From positions 25,707-89,706 of the IMG/VR virus record IMGVR_UViG_2930430511_000001: a stretch of 64,000 nucleotides of DNA, one strand, 5' to 3'. The position numbers and the translations under genes are program-made. The notes under the pieces are model-generated. The model saw nothing but the letters and a program-made list of their open reading frames with translations, was not told the origin of the DNA and did no database searches. The stretch is from a virus. Lineage: Duplodnaviria; Caudoviricetes. Below are positions 26,323 through 35,100 of this stretch, in pieces; position 1 is the first letter of the stretch; each line of letters begins with the position of its first letter.

Positions 26323-27152
26323 GAGAGCGTCCTGGAGGAGTCGAGGCGGGGCTGGATAAGGTCCACCTGAGCCCTGAGGGCCTGGTAGAGGGCTAGGGAC
26401 ATCCGAAAGCTTCCGCCGTCCGCCCATGAGGCTGACCAGCTATTACGGCATCGGATGACGGTGTGCTCGTAAGAGAAATCGCCCTCGACCTCAGCGACGG
26501 ACTCCAGCGCGGTGATGAGTACCTCGTGGCCGCCGACGACCGGCGACTGCTGCCAGTTGGGGATCTCGTCGAGGAGTGCAGTGCTGGACGCAGGGCTGCT
26601 GAACGCGTCATGCCAGGGCATTCCCATCAGGACAGGCCCGGTCTGGAGGAGGACGCAGAGCTCCTCCGCGGTGGTGGCGTGCCCGTACTGGTCGATGAGG
26701 GCGCGGCGCCGGAGGGCCTTGGTGACACCGAGGCCGGAGGAGCCGCAGTCGTCGCTGGGCCACGTGTAGTCGAGCCACTCATCGGCGGTGGTGGCGTCGG
26801 CGTACAGGCTGATGGCGAACCGCTCGGCGGCCGCGGCATCGGTGGTGTCCAGGCCGGCTGCGGCGCAGGCATCTGCCGTGAGGAGGACGGACAGGGCCGC
26901 GGTGGCGGCGTTGGCGGTGCAGGACCCGAGGGCGTCGACGTCCTGGACGCCGTCGAACAGCTCGGACGTCTTGATGCCCTGGGCGAGGAGGTTCTGCTGG
27001 TCCAGGACCGGTACCCGGGGCGCCCATTCGACGGTGCGGATGGTCTCGCCGCTGTAGTGCCGGCGGTAGGCGAGGCTGCGCGGGTCCAGCACCTTGTGAC
27101 GCCCGAGTTGGGGCGTTACGTCGTACTGGGTGATGTCGAGGTCGGGCGGCAA
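26319..27152 (-). CDS. Papain-like (C1-type) cysteine peptidase
   Basis: DQ...GSCTANA (Cys), GGHEV (His), RNSW (Asn). Confidence 0.8.
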   Translation of the reverse strand: MPPDLDITQYDVTPQLGRHKVLDPRSLAYRRHYSGETIRTVEWAPRVPVLDQQNLLAQGIKTSELFDGVQDVDALGSCTANAATAALSVLLTADACAAAGLDTTDAAAAERFAISLYADATTADEWLDYTWPSDDCGSSGLGVTKALRRRALIDQYGHATTAEELCVLLQTGPVLMGMPWHDAFSSPASSTALLDEIPNWQQSPVVGGHEVLITALESVAEVEGDFSYEHTVIRCRNSWSASWADGGSFRMSLALYQALRAQVDLIQPRLDSSRTLS

Positions 27153-27313
27153 CCCCTAGCTCCTGCACTCCCCGCGCCTGAGCTGATGCTGATCTGGTGT
27201 CTGCGCGTCGCCCAGCGGTGACGCCTGGGGCGCGGCAGTCCCTCGGGGATGCGGCGGAGGGTCGCCTGAGACCCAGAGTACGGACAATCGGCCCGTATGT
27301 TGCCCCGGCTGTG

Positions 27314-29209
27314 TCACGGGCTGAGCCGGGTGAACCGAACCCAGGAACCGACGCCCATGCGGGTAGCGGTTGCCGACGAGGCGGACTGCGTCCACTGAAG
27401 GGCGAAAGTTCCCGTGGTCGCGCCCATGGTGACGATGCCGGTCTCGATGGCGTAGAGCAGGTTGCTGTTGGCGTTCCGACGGCCGTACGTAACGGTCGTG
27501 GTGAAAGCATGCGAGCCGAAGCGCCCGGTGATGTTGTCGCCCGCGTTGGTGAGGGTGTCGGTGCCTGCGGCGACGGAGGACGGGCCGTGCACAGCCTTGA
27601 GTCCGGTAGCGCCGGAGGGGACTTTCCAGGCGGTGGTCATCAGGCCCGTGGTTCCGGCCCCGACGAGCAGATGGAGTTCGACGAGGTAGGTCTCGCCCGC
27701 GATGAACGTTCCAACGAGGTCGGGGTCGTCGGCAAGCGTCGTGGTGGAGGCCCGGTCCGTGGACGTCGTCTTGTAGACGAAGGAGGGGGTGTTGCGTGCG
27801 GAGATGGCTCCGGCGACGGATAGGCCAGACGAGCTGAAAACGTGCCCCGAGCCGTTGGCGGTGATCGTCACGTGGTCGCCAGTGGTGTAGACGGTGCTCT
27901 GCTTGCCGGTGTCGCTGCCGTCCTTGGCAGTGAGACTGATGAAGGAGGTGTCGCTGGTTGTGGCGGCGGAGGTGGCAGTGAGCCTGGCGTATCCGGTGTC
28001 GCTGGTCCCGGGGTTGTTGCTCGTGCCCAGCACGGTGCTAGCCCCGAACGTGCCGGGCTTGGCGGAAAGCATCGTGAGTTGCGATGTCTGGGTGGCGCCG
28101 GTCGAGTCGACACCCGTCATAGGTGCGGTGAGGACTGTCACTGCCTGGTTGGGGGTGATCGTGGACTCGCCACTGTTGAAGACCGCGGGCCAGTTCTCGC
28201 CAGTGACGCCTGAGTACATGAGGACCGAGGGTCGCTGAATGATGCCGACCGGAGGGGTGGGCGTGATGACGGTTCGGGCGCCAGTGCTACCTGTTCGAAG
28301 GGTTCCGCCGGTGACGGTGGAGCCGATGATGTCCGTACCCGTGATGGTGCCGCCGGTGATGGCCTTGCCGGTGATCGCGTCCGCCTTGATGGCGGTGGCG
28401 TCCACGGAGCCCGCGGCGAGCTTGCTGGTGGTGACCGCGTTCGCGTCGAGCTTGTCGGTGGTGATGGCGAGGGCCGCGATTTTTGCCGCTGTCACGGCCT
28501 CTGCGGCGAGCTTGTCGGTGAGGACTGCGCCGGCGGCTATCTGACCGGCGAGGATCGCCCCGGCCACGATCTTCTGCGTGGTGACGGCGTCATCGGAGAT
28601 CTCGGTCGTGCCGACAGCTCCCGCGGCGATTTTCGCTGCGGTGACCGCGTCGGCAGCCAGCTTCACCTCGGTGATGATGCCGTCGAGGACGTCGGAGGCC
28701 ACCACGGGCGCCGGCCCGTAGGGGCCCGCCTCGACGCTGGGGGGTGAGGCGGCACCGGACGTGTTGCGGGCCAGCAGTTGTACGTACACCGGGTCGTCCG
28801 TCATTACGGCGAAGGTGGCGCCCTGCGCCGTCTCGATCGTGGACTGTAGCGTCGCCGAGGTCGGCGTGAACCCGGAGCTGGTGGAGGCGTGGACCTCTAC
28901 TCGGGCCCAGTCCAGGGGAATGACGGCACCGTCGGCGAACTGGCCGTCCCACGAAACGGTGACCCCGCCCAGCACGGACGCGACGATCGGCGTGGAGGGG
29001 GCTGGCGGGGGCGGGCCGTTGACGACCTGGATGCCGGATGTGCCGTCGGCCTGTTGCCCGTAGATGGCGCGCAGGCTGCCGGAGTCGTCGCGGACCTCGA
29101 GGGCCGCATTCTCGATGCTGGCGCCGTGAGCGAGGCGCTGGCCCTTGGCGATCTGATCCATGCGCCGCTTGAGACGGTTGAGCTCGCCGGGTACTGACCG
29201 GTCGTACAT
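27314..29209 (-). CDS. Minor tail protein / tail fibre
   Basis: FnIII-like segment, (A-V-T-x-x-K-I/L)n repeats, Thr/Ser-rich C-terminus; position. Confidence 0.75.
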   Translation of the reverse strand: MYDRSVPGELNRLKRRMDQIAKGQRLAHGASIENAALEVRDDSGSLRAIYGQQADGTSGIQVVNGPPPPAPSTPIVASVLGGVTVSWDGQFADGAVIPLDWARVEVHASTSSGFTPTSATLQSTIETAQGATFAVMTDDPVYVQLLARNTSGAASPPSVEAGPYGPAPVVASDVLDGIITEVKLAADAVTAAKIAAGAVGTTEISDDAVTTQKIVAGAILAGQIAAGAVLTDKLAAEAVTAAKIAALAITTDKLDANAVTTSKLAAGSVDATAIKADAITGKAITGGTITGTDIIGSTVTGGTLRTGSTGARTVITPTPPVGIIQRPSVLMYSGVTGENWPAVFNSGESTITPNQAVTVLTAPMTGVDSTGATQTSQLTMLSAKPGTFGASTVLGTSNNPGTSDTGYARLTATSAATTSDTSFISLTAKDGSDTGKQSTVYTTGDHVTITANGSGHVFSSSGLSVAGAISARNTPSFVYKTTSTDRASTTTLADDPDLVGTFIAGETYLVELHLLVGAGTTGLMTTAWKVPSGATGLKAVHGPSSVAAGTDTLTNAGDNITGRFGSHAFTTTVTYGRRNANSNLLYAIETGIVTMGATTGTFALQWTQSASSATATRMGVGSWVRFTRLSP

Positions 29210-29211
29210 GG

Positions 29212-30309
29212 CTAGGCCACCTCCGGGGCGCCGTAGTGGAAGCTGTCGGCTCGGGCCAGGGTGAGGACGGCCTGGTCGGCGGCGTCCCTGGGGCGGTACG
29301 ACTCGGCGGTGATACGGCACCAGCCCGCAAAGTCCGCCCAGTCGTTGTGGACGGTGACGTACACGTCGTCACCGATCTGCCAGCTACCGAAAGGCGCGTT
29401 GGGGTGGTCCCGCACGGTGATGGAGTCGATCTCGCCCATGGTGCGGCGCCGCTTGCGTTCGGCGGCGATGCGCCGGCCGAGGACGTCGGTGCCGTTGACG
29501 GTCGGTAGCTGCATGACGGCTTCCATGCGCAGGCGGCCGTCGCGGACGGAGTCGACGGCGAAGCGGGTGGCGGTGCCTTCGCCGCTGCCGGTGCCGATGA
29601 CGGTGTTCGCGAATACGTCGCCGTCGTAGGTGGGCTTCGGCGGCTCGACGATGTTCACGCCAGTGGCGAAACTGATGTCCGTGCGCCTCGCCCCGAGGCG
29701 GGGGTAGCCCAGGACGATGCGGCGTCGCACGGTCCCGTTGGACTGGTACTCGGTGGCGTTGGTGTACTGCGGGGCGCCGTCCTCCCCCACCAGGTCGTCG
29801 ATGTGGTCGCCGAGGGACGGGGTCTCGTACCAGTACGAGTGCCAGGGTTCCGCGGTTGTGCCGGTCTTCGCGCTCGAGCTCGTCGCGTCCACGACGACGT
29901 CCAGGTCGCCGTCGGGCTGCTCCTGGGCGTAGGCCCAGATGTCGCGGATGATTTTGCAGGGGTCGGCGTTGACGTACGGGCCGCGGCCGCGGAGCTCCCC
30001 GTGGTGGTCGTGGCGACGGTTGAGGTACGAGGACCAGCCGGCGGCTTCGACGCGCAGCTCGCGGTCCTCGGCCTCCAGGCTCCAGACGAGGCCGCCCCAA
30101 CGGATGAAGCCGTCGGCTTCCGCGTAGATCAGCGCGATGCTCGGCAGGAGGAAGTTGCCGCTGGACTTCAGCCAGCGCGGGGACAGGGTGCCGGAGAACG
30201 ACCCGGGCCCATTGAGCTCCCGGCCGAACTCCACATCGTGCATCGGCAGCGCAGGGTGCAGCACGGCGCCGGTCAGCGCGTGCTGCGCCCAGTACCGCCA
30301 CCGGCCCAT
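29212..30309 (-). CDS. Tail tip/hub minor tail protein
   Basis: ELNGPGSFSGTL...WGG...IGDDV actinophage minor-tail pattern. Confidence 0.75.
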   Translation of the reverse strand: MGRWRYWAQHALTGAVLHPALPMHDVEFGRELNGPGSFSGTLSPRWLKSSGNFLLPSIALIYAEADGFIRWGGLVWSLEAEDRELRVEAAGWSSYLNRRHDHHGELRGRGPYVNADPCKIIRDIWAYAQEQPDGDLDVVVDATSSSAKTGTTAEPWHSYWYETPSLGDHIDDLVGEDGAPQYTNATEYQSNGTVRRRIVLGYPRLGARRTDISFATGVNIVEPPKPTYDGDVFANTVIGTGSGEGTATRFAVDSVRDGRLRMEAVMQLPTVNGTDVLGRRIAAERKRRRTMGEIDSITVRDHPNAPFGSWQIGDDVYVTVHNDWADFAGWCRITAESYRPRDAADQAVLTLARADSFHYGAPEVA

Positions 30310-31253
30310 CAGAGACGGCCCTCGGTGAACTCGATGTCGATTTTGAACGTGGTGGTGGCGTCGACGCCGATGCTGCCGGCGTTGGCGGAGCGGGTGCGCA
30401 TGCGGGAGATGAACGCGGCGTTGGTGCCGCGCAGGGCTGCGCCGGCGGTGGTGGTCAGGTCGATGGTCTCGACCATCTCGCAGTAGGTGCGGCGCGGTGC
30501 GCTGCCTTGGTTGTCGTCGATGTTGACCCACTGGGCGGCTTCGATGCCGCCGAGCATGAACCGGAAGCCTCCCCAGACGTTGCCGTCATCCAGGCGGATG
30601 TTCGACCCCGAGAAGATCACCTTCGCAGAGGCGGCCCACACCGGGATAGCGATCGTGGCCATCGTCAGGTTGGGGAAGGACTTCCACGTCTCCGAGGTGC
30701 CGGAGATCTCCACCAGCGGGTCTTGGGCGTAGTACGGGTAGAGGATCCGCTCCCGGCGCGGGTTGGCCACCCGCCGCAGGTCCACGATCATCGCGCTGGT
30801 GATCGTGGCCGTGGATGACGGTATGTCGATCCGGGCCAGCGGGATCGCCGAGTAGCCAGCCGGCACCGTCGTCGCCGAGCTGGAAACGTTAGAGATCACG
30901 TCGAAGTAGGCGCAGTTCGACGGGTCGCGGGAGCCCTCGTATTCAGGGTCTTCGACTCGCAGCACCAGCATGTCGGAGCGGGTCGTGCCGCCGGTCGCGG
31001 AGATACTGACCGTGGCAGCGCCGATGTTGTACGTGTTGTAGCTGCCCTGTACCGGGCTGACCCGGCCGATGATCGTGGCCGAGCCGTCCGCGACCTGCAC
31101 ACCCGCGCCGGGCGTGGACAGAGCCGTCACCTTCAGGTGGTCGCCTTCGGTGATGCCCTCATTTGCCCTGGACAAGTCGCGGACCATCATCCTGAACATC
31201 TGCGCGGTGTGCTCGCCGCCAGTGACCGCGATCGGGGTGGGCTCGAGTGCCAT
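30309..31253 (-). CDS. Minor tail protein
   Basis: RSDMLVLRVEDP...IPLARIDIP...IVDLR; position. Confidence 0.7.
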   Translation of the reverse strand: MALEPTPIAVTGGEHTAQMFRMMVRDLSRANEGITEGDHLKVTALSTPGAGVQVADGSATIIGRVSPVQGSYNTYNIGAATVSISATGGTTRSDMLVLRVEDPEYEGSRDPSNCAYFDVISNVSSSATTVPAGYSAIPLARIDIPSSTATITSAMIVDLRRVANPRRERILYPYYAQDPLVEISGTSETWKSFPNLTMATIAIPVWAASAKVIFSGSNIRLDDGNVWGGFRFMLGGIEAAQWVNIDDNQGSAPRRTYCEMVETIDLTTTAGAALRGTNAAFISRMRTRSANAGSIGVDATTTFKIDIEFTEGRL

Positions 31254-31261
31254 CTGTGCTC

Positions 31262-32158
31262 CTAGAGGGCCTTGTAGGCGGGCCACCAGGTGACGGCCAG
31301 CGTGGACGTGAGGGTCAGGTCAACAGCCGTCCACTGGATCTCGTTCAGGCCCGGTGTCAGGACGAACTGGTCGATGCGCGAGGTGGGCGTCAGTGAGGCG
31401 CCGCCGCCGTTGTTGCGCAGGACGGTGCGCCAACCTGGGCGGGTGTCGATCTGCACCCACTCCCCCGCGGCGATCGACGCCTGAACCTCGAGGACCCGCC
31501 CGGAGGCAACGTGCGTGATGCGGGGGTTCGCGCACGGCCCGTTGATCTGGATGACCGGCCAGGTATCCGCGGTCCCCTCCACCTCGAGGAACCCGGGCCG
31601 GCCGACGGCGGCGGGGTCGCCCGCGATCTCGAAGGGGAACGCCAAGGGGAAGCTCATGCCGCCTTCGGTGAGCCCGCCGAGCGGCATGGACGTGGTGCCG
31701 GGCTCGTCGGCGTAGTAGAGGTAGTCGCCGGCCTGGAACTCGATGTCCAGCGGGACCCAGCCATGCCGGTAGCGGGCCACGTCCGGCTCCAGCTTGCGGA
31801 GGCGCCCGCGGACCGTGCGGGCCGGGCGGCCGGGGAACTTGAGGCGGAGGTCCATGGTGGTGCCGCCCGCGCCACGCACCGCCGGAGTGTCCGCGTCGGC
31901 CTGGAGGTCGGCGAGAACGTCCCACACGGTGGTGGCGTCGCCGGGGACTTTGACAGCGGCGTCGAGGCGGAGGGTGCGGCCGGCGTAGTAGTCGACGCCG
32001 AGCCACGTGCCGTCCTCCCCCGCCGGTTCGACGTCGCCGGTGCGCAGGGGCGGCTGACCTAGGCCCTCGATCGCGGCGATCGTGACCGGGGTGCCCTTGC
32101 CGATGAGGAGGCCGCCGAGCTGATGCTGGCCGTCCTCGAGCTCTACGGGTGTGGTCAT
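31262..32158 (-). CDS. Distal tail (Dit-like) protein
   Basis: Immediately after tape measure; WPVIQINGP...LTPGLN. Confidence 0.75.
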   Translation of the reverse strand: MTTPVELEDGQHQLGGLLIGKGTPVTIAAIEGLGQPPLRTGDVEPAGEDGTWLGVDYYAGRTLRLDAAVKVPGDATTVWDVLADLQADADTPAVRGAGGTTMDLRLKFPGRPARTVRGRLRKLEPDVARYRHGWVPLDIEFQAGDYLYYADEPGTTSMPLGGLTEGGMSFPLAFPFEIAGDPAAVGRPGFLEVEGTADTWPVIQINGPCANPRITHVASGRVLEVQASIAAGEWVQIDTRPGWRTVLRNNGGGASLTPTSRIDQFVLTPGLNEIQWTAVDLTLTSTLAVTWWPAYKAL

Positions 32159-35100
32159 CGGGCTGCCGCCCCTCCTCGGGCCAGGCGCCGCAGCTGGTAG
32201 GCGTTGCGGGCGTCGATGTCGCGGGCCAGGTCCTTGGAGCGGCCGTGGTCGGCGACGTGGAAGTGGGTCTCGCCGACGAGGGGGCCCTGTTCGCGGATGA
32301 CGACGATGCGGCCGGCGTTGGCGTCGGTGAGGCCGACGCCGAACCTGTTGGCAACTTCGGACAGGACGTTGGTGGCGCTCGCGCGCTTGTTGGCGCCGAG
32401 GGGGATGTACGCCTCGCCGCCGGTGGCCGGCTCCGCAAAGGTGACGGCGCCGGCGCGGGTGCCGTAGATGCCGGGCCGGATGCCGCCGTTGGCGTAGGCC
32501 AGCCCCTTCTGCGCCTTGGTCAGATCGGAGAGGAAGCGGGTGGAGCGGGACCCGAGGCTGCTCTTGATCTGGGTGGCGGCCTTGGTGGCGACGGCGACGA
32601 TGTCCTCCTCGCCGAGGCCGGTGGTGGCGGCGACGTCGTGGATGCCGGTCTTGCTGGACTTGACTGCGGCGATGATCTGCACCAGCTGGGACAGCTCGTC
32701 GCCGGTCAGGGTCTTGCTGGCGTTCTTCGCCGATGTGTTCGCTTCCTTGGCCTTGGAGCTGGACTTGGCTGCCTGCGCGGCGATCTTCTGCGCGGCCTCG
32801 TCACCCTGCCCTGCCAGCTGCATGGCGAGGTCGCCGTAGCCCATGCCGGCGAGCTTCGCGAGGTTCGCCTGGAACGCGCTGGACGTCTTCGTCGAGGCGT
32901 TGAGCTGCTTGGTGTAGTCCGCGAGGGTCGCCTTGGCAAGCGGGGCGAGCTTGCGGAGGTTGGCGACGATGTCCGCGAACTGCTTCTTGCTGGCCCGCGC
33001 GAGGGCGGAGACCATTGCGGCGCCGTCGTTGCCCATGTCGCGGAGCTGGTCGATGACGTCAGCTCCCGCGCCTCGGGCTGCGATCTTTGTGAGGTTCGAT
33101 TCCCAGCTCGAGTTCGCCGACACCGCGCTCTTCAGCGTCTTCTGCCAGTCGGAGAGGGAGAACGTCTTCTTGTACCGGCTCTCGGCGTTGCGGGCTTTGT
33201 CGGTGGCGGTGGCCAGGGAGCGGCGGGCCTTGGCCACCGAGTTCTCGGCGGACACCAGCTGGGCGTGGGTGTGCTTGTGACGGCGGACCTGACGCAGGCG
33301 GGCCTCCGCCGCGCGCAGCGTGTCCACGGCGTTGGCGCGGCCGCGGATCGCTTTGTTGTAGTCGTCCTTGCTGATCGACTGGTGGGCGTCGCTGTAGGTG
33401 GACTGGACGTCGGAGACGGTCTTGCGCATCCCGGTCGGGGTGTAGGAGAAGCCGCCGGAGTCGAACTGCTGGGCGTGCACAGCGCCGTCGGCGTTCCAGG
33501 CGATGCCTTTGCCGCCGAGCCGGCGCACGGTCTCTTCGGCGATGGCGCGGGAGCGGCTGCGCTTGGTCGCGGCCAGGGGGATGTATGCCTCGCCGCCGGT
33601 CTCGTCCTCGGCCCACACGCGCCATTCGCCTGGCCGTGCAATCTGCGCTACGTGCTGCTCGCGCATGCCGCCGCCGGCGAAGTGGCTGACCTGGACGGAG
33701 CCGTCGGCATCGAACCTGTACCCGCCCGCGTATGGGCCCGGGTTCGACTTGCGGACGATGGTGTCGATGAACGTCTTCTTGTAGATGCTGATGGTCGCCG
33801 AGCTGCCCCGCACGCTGTTGATCGCGGATTGGATTGCAGCAACCTGTGCCCTGGGGCCTCCGGTCGGCACGCTGACGGTGACGGTTTTCCCGTTCGTCGA
33901 CTTGATTTTGAAGCCGAGGAGTTCCAGTTGACGGCGGCCCTCCGCGGTGGGCACGTTCATCGTGATGGTCTTGCCGTGCTGCTGTTGTACCGCTGCCTTG
34001 AGGTTCTCGAGGTCGCGGAGTGCACCCGCGGTCTTCGCTGACATGCTGAGGGCCTTGCCGCCCGGTATCGCCTGCATCTGCTTGAGGAGGTTGGCGAGGT
34101 CGGCTTTCGCGGCCGCGGTTTTGGCGGTGACCTTGTATTCGCGGGTGCCGGGGATGAGCTTTACGGTGTAGCCGAGCTCCTCGAGCTTCTTCTTCGCGTC
34201 GTCGGAGAGCGTGTCGACCTTGACGGTCTTCGACTTGGGGACCTTCGCGAACTCGGCTTGGACGGCGAGGAGCTCGGCGAGGGTGGAGTCGACGCCCTTG
34301 GTCTGGAGGAGGATCGACACCTGGCCGGGGATGAGGCCCATGGCGTCGGCGACACCCTGGGCCTGCTTCGTCGACAGGCCGTAGCCCTCACCCAGCTTGA
34401 TGGCGGCGTCGCGCGCCCGCTGCATCTCCGCCTGCGACGCCTTGAGTGACTCGGGCAGGCTTTTGTTCTGTGACTGGGCGAACTCGAACGCCTTGATCGC
34501 GGCGTCGCTGGATCCGTCGGCGATGTTGTTGAGGGTGTTGAAGAGGGACTGTCCGTTCTTCGTGGTCGTGTCGATCGTGCCGTTGGTCTTGACGAGGGCT
34601 TTTCCCCAGCCGTCGGCCTTGTTGACGCCGGCGGACATCGCTTCGTTGGCCTGCGTGATGGCTTCGTTGACGCGGGCCTGGGCGGCTTGGAGGCTGATGC
34701 TGCCGCCGGACAGTAGGTCGAGGGAGGCGCGCAGGGCGCGGGTGCGGGAGTCGGCGTCGCCGGTCTTGTCGGCGAGCTCAGCAACGGAGTCCTTGAGCCG
34801 CTGGTAGGCGGAGACGCCGTCATCCGATCCCTTCTGCGCTGCCGCCAGCTCCTTGGCGGCCTGGGCGGAGTCCTTCATCTCCCCCTTCATGCCGGCGAGG
34901 GCCTGGGCGGCGTCCTTGGCGGACTTGCCCACGGGGTCGATGTCGGTGACCACGCCGCCGCCGGAGGCGACGGAGACTTTGGTGTGGGCCTCGGCGACCG
35001 CTTCCAACTGCTTCTGGAGGGTGCCCAGGCTCTTACCTTCGCCGAGGTAGGAGTCGGTGAGGCTCTTGAGGGAGACGCCGGAGCGACGCATGACGTCGAC

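Noticed and set aside
27314-29209. Diversity-generating retroelement or shufflon on tail fibre
   Set aside because: No reverse transcriptase, template repeat or alternative 3' cassettes seen
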